NCBI GenBank assembly: GCA_038087875.1
Contig: JAXLNO010000406.1
Coordinates: forward strand, 248,001-298,654
Direction of reading: 5' to 3'
DNA length: 50,654 nt
Origin: Malacoraja senta
Taxonomy: Eukaryota
Shown: piece by piece, positions 33,394 to 45,697 of the stretch
Position numbering within the stretch: the stretch's first letter is position 1
How the letters are laid out: every line of letters begins with the position of its first letter
Made by a program: the position numbers and the translations under genes
The notes under the pieces: model-generated
Databases searched by the model: none
Told to the model about the DNA's origin: nothing
What the model saw: the letters and a program-made list of their open reading frames with translations, nothing else

Positions 33394-33591
33394 GAGGGAA
33401 TTTTGTGCGATTCCCTTACCCTGTATCAGGCTTTACTCAGATAGGCAGAGACACAAAATTAAACAACTTGTAGATCAATGGTGAGGCTATAGAACAGGTC
33501 AGTTTATTGAAGGTCTTAACGGTGTGCACAGTTAACACTCCTATCTGAGTAAAGCCAGATACAGGTTATGGGTTTAGCACAAGATTCCCTC
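33394..33591. mobile_element. MITE-like element with about 52 bp terminal inverted repeats
   Basis: 33394-33445 GAGGGAAT...TTTACTCAGATAGG vs 33540-33591 CCTATCTGAGTAAA...ATTCCCTC. Confidence 0.75.
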
Positions 33592-33825
33592 GTAAGCTGT
33601 ATAACCGGTGTTTTATAAAGTTGCAATCTAATGTGCAACTCTTTAATTCTATGCTACAGCCTATGAAGGGAAACATTCCATATGCCTCCTTCACCTCCTT
33701 ATCCACCTGCACCCCCATTTTAAAGGATCAATGGACTAGGATCCCTGGAGCTCTCCGTTTATCTACATTCCTTAGTGCTCTACCATATACTGTGTATGTC
33801 CTATGATAGAGTCATAGAGTGATAC

Positions 33826-35302
33826 TGGATTGTAATGGAGAGGGAGGACTGCTCCTCTGGAAACATTGGAGCGATCCTCCTCTCACCAATGAAACTGAAT
33901 AATATAAATTATAACAAAAACCCAATTATACATAGTACAATCAGAACTTGGAAACAAATAAAACAAAATTTGTAATTAATATATTTATCGCTTTTATCTC
34001 CCATAGTTAATAACCCTTTGTTTAATCCCTCTATTACAGACAAATCTTTCACACAATGGGATAGACTAGGAATTAAAAAGTTTGGTGACTTGTATGAAAC
34101 TGGAAAATTACTATCATTCCAACAATTACAAATCAAATATAAACTCGGAAATAATCAATATTTTAAATATTTTCATATATGTGACTATTTGAAAAAAATA
34201 TAAAAGATCATTATAATAGCCCAGCAGATGTATTGGATGAAGCAATGCAGATAAAAGCTGAATCAGCAAACTTAATATCATATTTGTATAATATTATCTT
34301 AAATGTAGAAATACCATCTACGGAAGGTATTAGAAGAGACTGGGAACAAGAATTAGCTATTAAAATCTCAAAGGAAAGGTGGAATGAACATTTATTAAAC
34401 GTGCAGAAATGTTCGATTGATGTAAGACACATTTTAATGCAATTTAAAATTTTACATAGATTATATTATTCCAAAACTAAAATCAATAAAATTTTCCCAA
34501 ATGTATCATCCATTTGTGATAAATGTCAATCTCAAGAAGCTACTATAGCGCACCCATTTGTTTTCAGTACAAAAATTCAAAAATTTTGGATTGAAATTTT
34601 TGAAATCTTTACAAAATTATTTAAAATAAAACTGATACCCAAAGCAGAATGGATTATCTTCGGAACAACGGAAGATATTCCAGATTTAAATGTGTTCCAA
34701 AAGAAATTAATAGACTATGGGTTAATAACTGGAAAAAAGTTAATCCTAAAATTCTGGAAAAACACTCCAATACCAACTATAAACATCTGGATTTCAAATA
34801 TGTTTGAAACATTACACCTAGAAGAGATAAGACTCCTCCTGGCACGTAAACCAGATCACTTCCACCTGACGTTGTCTGCATTTATAGAATTATTACAAGT
34901 ATAGGGTGCAAAAGTACTTAAAAAAAACCCCTGAGGTCAGGTAAGGGGGGATGAAAGCTGGAGAGTTGGTATATCCCATTTGCTTGATGATTACAAAAAA
35001 GTACTTGTTTTTCTCTTTTCCCTCTTTCTCTTTTTTCTTCTTTTTTAGGGTCTATTTCTTAACTCTTTTTTTTTTAAATTTCTTTCTTATAGGGTCTTTG
35101 TTCTTTTTTGTTGTCACGTTTTTTACACTTTCACTTTTTTCCTTCACTTTCTTCTTTCTCTCAATCTCATCCTTTCCCTTTATTAGTGTAAATAATAAAC
35201 GGAGTACATTAATTGTAATAAGATATATGTGACGAGTACTAATGTAATTGGTTGTAATGTAATGTACTTCTAATAAATAAATAAATAAAAAATTAAATAA
35301 AA
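33826..35302 (+). mobile_element. 5'-truncated L1 (older subfamily) inserted in a CR1 tail
   Basis: ORF2 C-terminus 34233-34904, 3' UTR, A-rich tail; 12 bp TSD ATAGAGTGATAC at 33814-33825 and 35303-35314. Confidence 0.92.
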
Positions 35303-36177
35303 ATAGAGTGATACAGTGTGGAAACATGCTCTTCGACCCAACTTGTCCAAACCGGCCAACAATGTCCCAGCTACACTAGACCCACTTGCCTGCGCTTGGT
35401 CCATATCCCTTCAAACCTATCTATGTACCTCTCTAACCCAAACGAAGGGATAGTTTCAGCCTCAACTACCTCCTCTGGCAGCTTGTTCCATACACCCACC
35501 ACCCTTTGTGTGAAAAATTTACCCCTCCGATTCCTATTAAAGCTTTTCCCCTTCACCTTGAACCTATGTCCTCTGGTCCTTGATTCCCCTACTCTGGGCA
35601 TCTACCTGATCTATTCCTCTCATGATTTTGTACACCTCTATAAGATCCCCCCTCATCCTCCTGCGCTCCATGGAATAGATACCCAGCCTACTCAACCTCT
35701 CCCTATAGCTCACACCCTCTAGTCCTGGCAACATCCTCGTAAATCTTTCCTGTCCCCTTTCAAGCTTGCCAATATCCTATAACATGGTGGCCAGAACCGA
35801 ACACAATATTCTAAATGCGGTCGCACCAACGTCTTATACAACTGCAACATGACCTCCTAACTTATATACTCAAAACTCTTGACTGATGAAGGCCAAAGTG
35901 CCAAAAGCCTTTTTGACCTCCTTATCTACCTGTGAATTGACCTTCAAACAACCATGCGCCTGTATTCCTGGATCCCTCTACTCTACCACACTACGCAGAG
36001 GCCTACCATTTACTGTGTAGGTCCCGCCCTTGTTCGACGTCCCAAAATGCAATACCTCACACTTCTCTGTATTAAATTCCATCAACCATTCCTCTGCCCA
36101 CCTGGCCAATCGATCCAGATCCTGCTGCAATCTTTCACAACCATCTTTACTATCTGCAAAACCACCCACTTTTGTAT
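35303..36177 (-). mobile_element. CR1 3' fragment (tail continues at 33806-33825)
   Basis: FADSK, WLMEFNTEKC, TRGHRFKV, FFTQRVV. Confidence 0.85.
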
Positions 36178-36439
36178 CCTTGTATGACTTTCCAAAATGT
36201 GCATCCTGTACTTGTCAAGTTCAAATTCCATCTGCCAATACTTCAGCCCACCTTCCATCTGATCTATATCCTGCTGTAGTCCAAAGACAACATTCCTACC
36301 TAGCCACAACACCATCAACTTTCCTGTCATCTGCAAATATATTAATTGTATCTCCTGTACTCATATCAAAGTCATTAATGTATATCACAAACAGCTAAGG
36401 TACTGTGCTACATCACTAAACACAGGCTTCCAATCAGTA

Positions 36440-37562
36440 TATTATAATAACCCAGTAGATGTATTGGACGAGGCAATGCAGATAAAAGCGGAATCAGCAA
36501 ACTTAATATCATATTTGTATAATATTATTTTAAATGTACAAATACCACCTACGGAGGGTATCAGAAGAGACTGGGAACAAGAGTTAGCTATTAAAATTTC
36601 AAAGGAAAGTTGGAATGAATACTTATTAAACGTGCATAAATGCTCGATTAATGTAAGACACACTTTAATACAATTTAAAATTTTACATAGATTATATTAT
36701 TCGAAAACTAAAATTCATAAAATTTTCCCAAACGTATCATCTATTTGTGATAAATGTCAATCCCAAGAAGCTACTATAGCGCACTCATTCGTCTTCTGTA
36801 CAAAAATTCAAAAATTTTGGAATGAAATTTTTGAAATCTTTACAAAGTTATTTAAAACAAGACTGATACCCAAAGCAGAATGGATTATCTTCGGAATAAC
36901 GGAAGATGATCCAGAACTAAATGTGTTTCAAAAGAAATTAATGGACTATGGGTTAATAACTGGAAAAAAGCTAATTCTAAAATTTTGGAAGAAGGCTCCA
37001 ATACCAACTATAAATATGTGGATTTCAAATATGTTTGAAACATTACACCTAGAAGAGATAAGACTCCTCCTAGCAGGTAAACCAGATCACTTCCACCTGA
37101 CGTGGTCTGCATTTATAGAATTATTACAAACATAGGGTGCAAAATTACTTTAAAAAAAATAAAAAATTGAGGTCAGGTAAGGGGGGATGATAGTTGAAGA
37201 GTTGGTATGTCCTATTTACGTAATGCTCAAAAAAACATTTGTTTTTCTTTTTTTTTTTCCCTCTCTCTCTTTCTCTTTTTTTTCCTAGGGCCTATTTCTT
37301 AACTCTTTTTCTTTTCTTTTTAATTTCGCTCTTATAGGGTCTTCGTCCTTTTTTGTTGTTACATTTTCTACACTTTTCTACACTTTCACTTTTTCCTTCA
37401 CTTTCTTCTTTCTTTCAATCTTTTCCTTTTCTAGTGTAAAAAAAATAAATAAAGGGTGTACATTAATTGTAAGAAGATACAAATGACGAGTATTAATGTA
37501 TGTGGTTGTAATGTAATGTACTTCTAATAATAAAATAAAAATAAAAAAAAATAAAAATAAAA
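36440..37562 (+). mobile_element. 5'-truncated young L1
   Basis: ORF 36464-37135 essentially identical to the L1s at 11-19 kb; 3' UTR and A-rich tail; no TSD seen. Confidence 0.92.
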
Positions 37563-38139
37563 ACTTTTCGAACTTAACCTTTTCAAATACCTTTCTAAAG
37601 TCCATATATACAACGCCTGTCACCCTGGGTTCATCAATCTTCTCAAAAAAACTCATCAAATCACAGTCCTCAAATCTGCTAGAGAAGCAACCTCCTGGGT
37701 GCTGTCTCTTTCATCTTGCCTAACTAGCATTGGTATCTCTAAACATTGGCAGTCATGTTACAGAGTCCTGTTGGTCACCTGGGGAAGAAGCGTTCACTTC
37801 CCCATTTGGACACCTCAATGCTTTTGATTAGGCCGCTAGATCTTATCTAAGCAAAACTCTTCTGGACATCATCCTTGGGTGCTAATTTGAAGGCCGACCC
37901 AGTTGGTGGAGAATCTCTATCTAGGACAAGCAAAGGAAGCTTAGGTATAGATGTGCTCCACATTCCCTCCCGTCATCCAGTGTGTTAACATATCTCACTG
38001 CTGGCAGGACTGGCAGGAAAGGAATCTATCCTAATAGTGAGAATGTTGAAAGATGGCATTCCTGTGATGATCTTAGCATTGCAGTGATGGACTGGATCAA
38101 TTATCGGAAGGTTGGTGGTTTGGCCGTTGGCAGGTGATT

Positions 38140-38540
38140 CAGTATGAAGAAAGCTTCAGATTCGAAACATCACCTGTTCCTTTTCTCCGTAGATGCTGCC
38201 TGACCCGCTGAGTTGCTCCAGCATTTTGTGTCTATCTTAGGAGATCCAGCAGGCCTTGGCAGACCGAATGCAAATGTTCGGCAAAATGCTCACCAAGTCT
38301 AGGCTTGGTCTTGCCAATGTAGTGGAGGCCACATTGGATGCAGTAGAAGAGGTTAGAGCAGGTGCACACATTTACCTTATTCCGCATAAGAACAACAGAC
38401 ACCAATGCAGAGAGAATTTTTTCGCAGTAAGTGTTATGATATTGGTCTGAAGAAAAGTCATCAACCAAATATGTTAACTTTAATCCTCCACAGATGCTGC
38501 CTGATCATCTGAGTATTTCTAGCATCTCCTGTTTTTATTG
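38140..38540. mobile_element. Penelope pLTR and GIY-YIG fragments, degenerate
   Basis: Minus-strand NLFYCIQC..HYIGKTKPRLGEHFAEH between two pLTR-like stretches. Confidence 0.7.
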
Positions 38541-38944
38541 CAAACACAGTTATTTGAATGCGTTTACAGTGCTGTTAATCAAAGCAACCAAACTGGTGCT
38601 CCTTTTGGCTTCAGTTAGTAATCATGCATCATTTGTTAAGCTTTTACTTATTTACGTGCACAATATCGAACTCCTATCAAGATAGATATTTGGCTCCTGC
38701 AAACCTTCCCTTTTTCAGTCATTGCAGTCAGTTTTTTTGGAAATGTATTATCTTACCATTCACTGCCAGTCTTGATTAATAAAACTTTCCAAGGTCAGTT
38801 TGAAGTATTGCAGATGGAAAGCTTTTTGCTGTATAGTCAAGTGTTTCATCTACATCTGCCTAATTTAAGCTGGCACGAGCCAAATGTTCGATTTTAAACC
38901 CTGGGTGAAACATTTTAGGTATAAAATACAACTTTTACCATTCA

Positions 38945-39375
38945 GAGTCATAGAATCAAACAGCATGGAAACAGGCCCTTCAGCCCAGCTTGCCCATGCC
39001 GACCAAGGTTCACCATGTACACTAGTCCAACCTGCCTGCGTTTGACCCACATCCCTTTAAACATTTCCTACCTGGAATTTGTTGCCACAGGCGGCTATGG
39101 AGGCCAAGTCAATGGATAATTTTAAGGCAGAGATTGACAGATTCTTGATTAGTAAGGGTGTCATGGGTTATAGGGAGAAGGCAGGAGAATGGGGTTGCGA
39201 GGGAAAGATAGAACAGCTATGATTGAATGGCGGAATAGACGTCATGGGCCTAATTCTGCTCCTTTAACTTATGAACTTATACATGTACCTGTCCAAATGT
39301 CTTCTAAATGTCGTTATAGTTTCTGTCTCAACTACCACCTCCGGCAGCCCATTCCATATACTCGCCACCATTTGT
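38945..39375. mobile_element. Cluster of CR1 3' tails (plus-strand tail nested in a minus-strand tail)
   Basis: GGAAACAGGCCCTTCAGCCC..., GGAGAAGGCAGGAGAATGGGG...CCTAATTCTGCTCC. Confidence 0.7.
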
Positions 39376-39780
39376 CAGGGTTAACTATTATTTATAGAAC
39401 AATTATACAGGTTGTAAATACTCACTTGCAAGAGATTAGATGTGAAGTATAATCATAGAATTAGATCCACAGAAACGTAAATATTTAAAAATTGTTGAGT
39501 TATTTTGTTGCAAACATAGTGAAATTGAATACTTGCTGACTAATGAAATGAACAGCACACACTGCATTTATACAGCTAATGATACATGTCCTTGAATCAC
39601 CAAACCATAGAATGGTGCAAACCAAATACAGGTAAATGGAATTACTGTAGATTGGTACAGCAGGCAGGGTATCAAGGCTAAAGGGCCTGGTTCTGTGCCG
39701 TCTGACTCGATGACTTTAAATCTTTTATATCTAGTATAGTCTGCCTGTCATTCATATATCTCATCACCTATGATGTATAC

Positions 39781-39900
39781 TTTAGTTTAGTTTAGAGATA
39801 TAGTGCGGAAACAGGCCCTTCGGCCCACATAGTCCGCGCCGACCAGCGATCCCCGCACATTAACATTATCCTACATATACGAGGGACAATTTACAATTTT
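39781..39900 (-). mobile_element. V-SINE 3' fragment
   Basis: (TTTAG)n plus reverse complement of the SINE 3' half. Confidence 0.75.
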
Positions 39901-40234
39901 ATAATTACATGAAAAATGACAGATAAATAGAGAAAGGTCATAGATCAAAGTCTGTGTCATAGATGAGAGTATGAAGGTCCTGAAGTATCACCCATTCCTT
40001 TTCTCCTGAGATGCTGCCTGTCCCGCTGAGTTACTCCAACATTTTGTGTCTATATTCGAGGTCATAGATCAGTTGCCTCTTCAATTGGTAGAATAGGTTT
40101 GAGAGGAAAACATGGCCACAGTTTCCCTCCTTTGTTGCTTTATTATAATGTTTTTCAATTCCCTTTGACTTCAGATAACGGAGTAAGTGCAGGGACCATC
40201 AGGCATCTGCAAATGCACCATCAGGACACAGTCG

Positions 40235-40553
40235 TTTAGTTTAATTTGGAAATACAGCACGCAAACTGGCCCTTCGGCCCACCGAGTCCGCGCCGACCTG
40301 TGATCCCCGCACATTAACACTATCCTCCACATTCTCGGGACAGTTTGCATTTATACAAAGTCAATCAACCTACAAACATGTACATCTTTGGGGTGTGAGA
40401 GGTCACCGAAGATCTCGGAGAAAACCCACACGGTCACGGTGAGAATGTATAAACCTCTGTACAGACAGCACCCGTAGTTGGGATCGAACCCGGGTCTCCG
40501 GCGCTGCAAGTGCTGTAAGGCTGCAACCCTACCGCTGTGCCACCGTGCTGCCC
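40235..40553 (-). mobile_element. HE1-like V-SINE, full length
   Basis: Reverse complement of head (GGGATCGAACCCGGG), core and tail. Confidence 0.85.
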
Positions 40554-41091
40554 GCGCTTGGTGCTCAGTCGTTTTCATTGGGTCACGCTGCATTATAATG
40601 GTTGCCATTATAGGCAGTCTGAGGAAGAGTCCTGACCTTAAACGCTGCCTATCCATGTCCATGTCTTCCAGAGATGCTGCCTGACATTCTGAGTTACTCC
40701 AGCACTTTGGGTTCTACACAAGTTTCCAGCATCTGCATTTTTTTGTGACTACAATGGTGGCCAATTCAGATTTGTTTGCTTTATTGCCGCGAAACACGAT
40801 ATCTGCTCAAGCAGCCATGGTGCAGAAACTACCTTGTGTCAAATTGCATTCTCCACTGTTTTTAAAATCTAATAACGCCTATTGGGATTCTGTGGTTTAG
40901 CTATTTTCCATTGCTCACTAATTTGCTGCATTTACCACAGTGGCCTTACTGATTCTCAGATTATATTTTCAAATGCTGTCCCAGTCAATGCAATGAGTAA
41001 AAACGCAATATTCGTACAAATCCCCCAGTTTTATGACAGAGAATATTACATTGAACCGTTCTCAATCCATATTTCACAATCGTTCCCAGCC

Positions 41092-41353
41092 TTAGTTTTG
41101 TTTTGTTCAGAAATACAGCGCGGAAACAAGCCATTCGGCCCACCGCACATTAACACTATCCTACACACAACAGACTAGGGACAATTTTTACATCAAACGT
41201 GTACGTCTTTGGAGTGTGGGAGGAAACCGGAGATCTCGGAGAAAACCCAAGCAGGCCACGAAGAGAACGGACAAACTCCGTAGTCGGGATCGAACCCGTG
41301 TCGCCGGCACAGCATTTGCTGTCAGGCAGCAACTCTACCGCTGCGCCACCGTG
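41092..41353 (-). mobile_element. HE1-like V-SINE with internal deletions
   Basis: Same head, core and tail motifs. Confidence 0.8.
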
Positions 41354-41544
41354 ATAGTCAGCTGCTCTTGTTATTCGTGTTTCTCTCATAATCAGACACG
41401 TTTAATATCGAATCAGATCCCCACCCTTGAGTAAGTCGCTGGAAGTAACCCGATCTCCCGGTTGTTGAACACTTAAATTCCTATCCTCCCTCCCCTCCTC
41501 ATCACCCGCACCTATTACGGAGCACCCGGAATGTCCATGGTGAT

Positions 41545-42050
41545 AGAGTCACTGGATGTGAAAGTGGATATGAAGTACTTGGCTAGGATGCAGAGGAGGT
41601 TTACCAGAATTATGATTTCATTGAGGGAATGGTGAGGTCAGACCGACTATGGAAAGTTTTCTCCGGACCGCCGGAGTTTGAGGGGAGACTTGATGGAAGT
41701 CTATCGAATTATGAGAGGGGTGGGCAGGGTACACAATCACAACCTTTTACCGAGAGGGAAATATTTAATAGTAGAGAGCATAGCTATAGGATGAGAGGGG
41801 CAAAGTTTAAAGGAGATGTGCGAGGCAGGTTTTCTACCCCAATGATGGTGAGTTTCTGGAACGCGCTGCCAGGGATGGTGGTGGAGGCTGATACGAGACA
41901 GGCGGTGAAGAGATTTTTGGATAGGCACGTGAGTATGCAGGTAATTGAAGGATATAGATTATGTTCAAGCAGGTAAGAGTTGGTCTTGGCATCATATTCA
42001 GCACAGACACTGTGGGCCGAAGGGCTGCTCCTATGCGCACTGTTCTTTGT
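41545..42050 (+). mobile_element. Old CR1 3' fragment
   Basis: REHSYRMRGAKFKGDVRGRF, WNALP, tail GGGCCGAAGGGC. Confidence 0.75.
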
Positions 42051-42107
42051 TCCATACGGATTGTGTCTTCGTATTGTGGATATTCCGGGATATAACCTGA
42101 TACTCGA

Positions 42108-42452
42108 AGAAACCTCCACATAAGCGCTGTAGAATGTATCCTGACTGTTCGCATCATGGCCTGGTGCGGCATTTCCAACGCACACGAGTTGTACTACCGC
42201 CTGCACTGCCATGGACGTGTTTATTTTTAATTGTTTTTTGCATTAAAACCTTATCTTTGGAGCAGTTTTTAATTTTGTTTTTACTAACTTGCAGAATTTA
42301 TGTGTAATGTGGTTGTAATTTGCGTTTAATTTATATTTTGTGCAGCACTGAGTATTTGTGCGTGTGATGCTCCTGAAACGGCGATGAGATTTTCATCGCA
42401 GCTGTTCATCGCAGTACTTGTGCAGATGACAATAAATCCGACTGGACTTCAC
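42108..42452 (+). mobile_element. Rex1-like 3' fragment, degenerate
   Basis: AVECILTVRIMAWCG resembles Rex1 VESILT..ITAWYG; T-rich UTR and TGACAATAAA tail. Confidence 0.55.
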
Positions 42453-42776
42453 TCTAGGTTGATATTTAACCATCGTTTTACGCCCCAGTTAGTATCTTTT
42501 TAGGCCATGTCATTTTCTGTCCTGCTCTAAACTGTCCCATAACAATCCCTGCGTTTACATTTATATACCGGTCTGTTTAACATCCCACTAAACACTCCAT
42601 GGGTATTTAAGGTCAGGACACGGTTACCTTGAAAAAGTTCACCCTGAAAGCCCACAGCAAATGTGCTGGAGATGGCAGCGTGCGAGGTAGACACTCGCGG
42701 TACAGAGGGATCACAAGGGATCAGCAGCTCCCAATCAGGGAAAGCAGTTTCAAACCAGGAAGTGGGAGGAGTTAAA

Positions 42777-43187
42777 ATGGCTTCTAAAGAGCAGGTCGAG
42801 AATTTAACAGAGGAGGCAATTTGTGCCATCTGCCTGGATTTCTTCACCGATCCAGTGTCACTGGAGTGTGGGCACAACTTCTGCCGCTCCTGTATCACAC
42901 AGAGTTGGGACAGGGAGGAAAGAAACTCATGCCCGGAATGTAGAGAGGAGTTTGCAGACCGCACCCTCAAAGGTAATCGGGCCTTGGCGAGACTGGCTGA
43001 GAAAGCTCGAACACTGAGCCTGAATACGGAAGAGAAGGAATGTAAACGTCACTGCGACAAACATCAGGAAGAACTGAAGCTGTTTTGTGAAACGGACAAG
43101 AAACTGATCTGTGTGATTTGTGCAGCTGGGCGGGAACACAAGTCTCACAGCTTCATGCCGGTTGATGAAGCTGTTGAAACATACAAG
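42777..43187 (+). CDS. TRIM exon 1: C3HC4 RING and B-box2
   Basis: MASKEQVENLTEEAICAICLDFFTDPVSLECGHNFCRSC...CPEC; CDKH...LFCETD..LICVIC....H..H; donor AAG|GTAAAA. Confidence 0.92.
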
Positions 43188-43270
43188 GTAAAAGCAAACC
43201 GACTACGATCACTTGTTTGAATGTATAGTTGAATGTTTATTGTCTAACCCCCTTTCTCTCCGATTCCTAG

Positions 43271-43366
43271 GATTAGGTAAACTCATCCATACAATCTCTG
43301 ACAACAAATAAATCAGCCATCCAGGAAATGGAAGAGCAACAGAAGCAGAAGATTTCCCAAGCCCGG
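43271..43366 (+). CDS. TRIM exon 2 (96 bp, coiled coil; second codon TAG)
   Basis: TTCCTAG| GAT TAG GTA ... EMEEQQKQKISQAR |GTGAGG. Confidence 0.85.
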
Positions 43367-43524
43367 GTGAGGCCTTGCTGTGTGGCATTTCTGTTCGTGT
43401 TGTGTAGTTTTGTATTTTGGTTAATGCACTACAGCGTAGCGTGGCAGCAATCAGTTGCGCTGTTTCGCTGCTCCGGTGAATTCGGTTCGACCCTGAGTCC
43501 TGGTATTGCCTACGTGACGCTTCC

Positions 43525-43825
43525 ATGTCCCCATCCCCCCGCTCTCTACCCTTCCCCTCGTACAACACTCCCCTTCCTCACCCGCCAACGCCCTCCCATG
43601 GTGCAACTCACCCCCCCCTCCCACTCCCCTGGTACAACTCTCCCCAACCCCACCCCTCCCCTGGTACAACTCTGTCCACTCCTCACCACCAAACCTTTCA
43701 CCTCCACTGGCACAACTCCCCCTTACCCCTCCACTGGAATAAGTCTGTGCTCCCACCACCACCCCCCTCCCCAGGCATAACCCTGCCCTCCCTCCCTCAC
43801 ACAACTCTGCCCACCCCTCACCCGT
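43525..43825. repeat. C-rich degenerate minisatellite in TRIM intron 2
   Basis: Repeated (CT)GGTACAACTC-like units separated by C runs. Confidence 0.7.
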
Positions 43826-43994
43826 CTTACAGTATAATTTTAGGGTAAACTAGCAAGGAAATTGTGTCATTTCAAGGTATAATTATCAAAAATTCTCCGA
43901 ATGGGGGGAGCTGCCTCGTTTTACCGCCACCAGGGGTGCTGCCCCTTGGACCCCCATCTCTCTTCCTCTTGTTTCAGTTTTTTTCCTGTCTCAT

Positions 43995-44130
43995 GCCTGA
44001 TCTGGGGATATGGGGAGAAAGTAGGAACGGGGTACTGATTCTGGATGAACAGTCATAATCATATTGAATGGCGGTGCTGGCTCGAAAGGCTGAATGGCCT
44101 ACACCTGCAACTATTGTCTCTGTTTCTATG
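43995..44130 (+). mobile_element. CR1 3' tail
   Basis: GGGGATATGGGGAGAA...GAATGGCCTACACCTGC, same family as 334-460. Confidence 0.75.
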
Positions 44131-44406
44131 TTCTCCCTGTGACCAGCGCGAGTTCCACCCATATCTCCCAGGCATGTTGGTTTAATTGGTTGCTGTAATT
44201 AACCTGTGGGTGGGTGATATGTGAGTCGGTGGGAGTTAATGTGGACGTGAGGGCCATTGTGTTTCAGGGAAACATGAGGAAATGAGATGAATGGGATTAT
44301 TCTAAGGAACAGCATAGATATCGATGGGCCAAATGGTCACCTTCTACTTAGCAACGAAATAGAATACAGTAATATATTAGATCAATCTTCACCTTTCATT
44401 TGACAG

Positions 44407-44640
44407 GAGCAGTCACAAAGCCTCAAGTCTCACGTCACATCTCAGTTTGCTGAACTACACCAGATTCTCGTGAAGAAAGAGCAGAGCATTCTCGGAGAGA
44501 TCAAGGAGGATGAGGAGAAGATTCTAAGTCCAATGGAGAAAAATCTTCAAGACATTCAAGAGAATTTAAACTCTATTGAGGAGGAACTCTCAAATCTGCA
44601 GGGGCGAATGGAACAAACAGACATCGTGTTATTTCTGAAG
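44407..44640 (+). CDS. TRIM exon 3 (234 bp, coiled coil)
   Basis: TGACAG| EQSQSLKSHVTSQFAELHQIL...IVLFLK |GTCAGG. Confidence 0.88.
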
Positions 44641-44879
44641 GTCAGGGGTTATGTTTCAATCTTGTTCAATGAAACTGCAGTCACAACATTGGGAGCGATA
44701 TATTTGCGAAAATGCAACTTTTATCAATTCCTATATTTTTCCAACGTCCCTCATACAAACACGCCCTGCTATCTCATAATTCATACTAGACGAATTGGAC
44801 CATTCGGCCCATTAAGTCTACTCCGCCATTCAATCAAGGCTGATCTTGCTCACCCTCTCAACTCCATTCACCTGCCTTC

Positions 44880-45347
44880 TCCCCAGGGCCTGATGGTCTG
44901 CATCCCAGGGTACTTAAGGAAGTGGCTCTAGAAATCGTGGGCGCATTGGTGATAATTTTCCAATGTTCTATAGTTTCAGGATCAGTTGCTGTGGATAGGA
45001 GGGTAGCTCATGTTATCCCACTTTTTAAGAAAGGAGGGAGAGAGAAAACAGGGAATTATAGACCAGTTAGCCTGACATCAGTTGTGGGAAAGATGCTGGA
45101 GTCAATTATAAAAGATGAATTAGCGGCACATTTGGATAGCAGTAACAGGATCGGTCCAAGTCAACATGGATTTACATGGCTTGACTAATCTTCTGGAATT
45201 TTTTGAGGATGTAACTAGGAAAATGGAGATGGGAGAGCCAGTGGACGTAGTGTACCTGCACTTTCAGAAAGCCTTTAAAGTCCCACATGGGAGATTAGTG
45301 AGCAAAATTAGAGGACATGCTATTGGGGGTAGTGTACTGACATGGAC
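44880..45347 (+). mobile_element. CR1 RT internal fragment
   Basis: PLFKKGGREKTGNYRPVSLTS, QHGF, VDVVYLHFQKAF. Confidence 0.88.
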
Positions 45348-45697
45348 AGTGAATGTGAGTGGAGGGCGAATGAGTGGGAATAATGGGCATGTGAAATGGA
45401 ATAGGGTACAAGGAATTGGATTGTGGGAATAGAAAGGAGGGTAATGCAGATTACTTTCTCAACATTCCAGTAGCTTTCAGTCAGCCTTTGAATTGCCAGG
45501 ATAATGAAAGCTACGGATTAAATGCAAGCAAATGGGAGCGGTGTAGGTAGGTACAGTGGCAAGCATGGGCATTGTGGGCTGAAGGGCCTTTGTCTACGCT
45601 CCATGTCTCGATATTGGGTTGCCTATGCGACCTTCCATTTCATGAAGATATGCAGGAGAATGACATAATATATTGATCTTTACCTTTCATCTGACAG

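Larger units (their letters stand above)
32975..37665 (-). mobile_element. Old CR1 broken by nested insertions (pieces about 32975-33380, 33595-33805, 36178-36437, 37565-37665)
   Basis: Collinear degraded CR1 RT pieces (WQMEF, VYMDFRKVFEKV). Confidence 0.7.

Noticed and set aside
34951..35327. Hydrophobic and Lys-rich ORFs resembling membrane or basic proteins
   Set aside because: Translations of the T-rich L1 3' UTR
42663..42776. N-terminal extension of the TRIM ORF in the ORF track
   Set aside because: ATG 42777 (AAAATGG, MASKEQVE) has good context and the typical family start; the upstream frame is probably UTR or promoter
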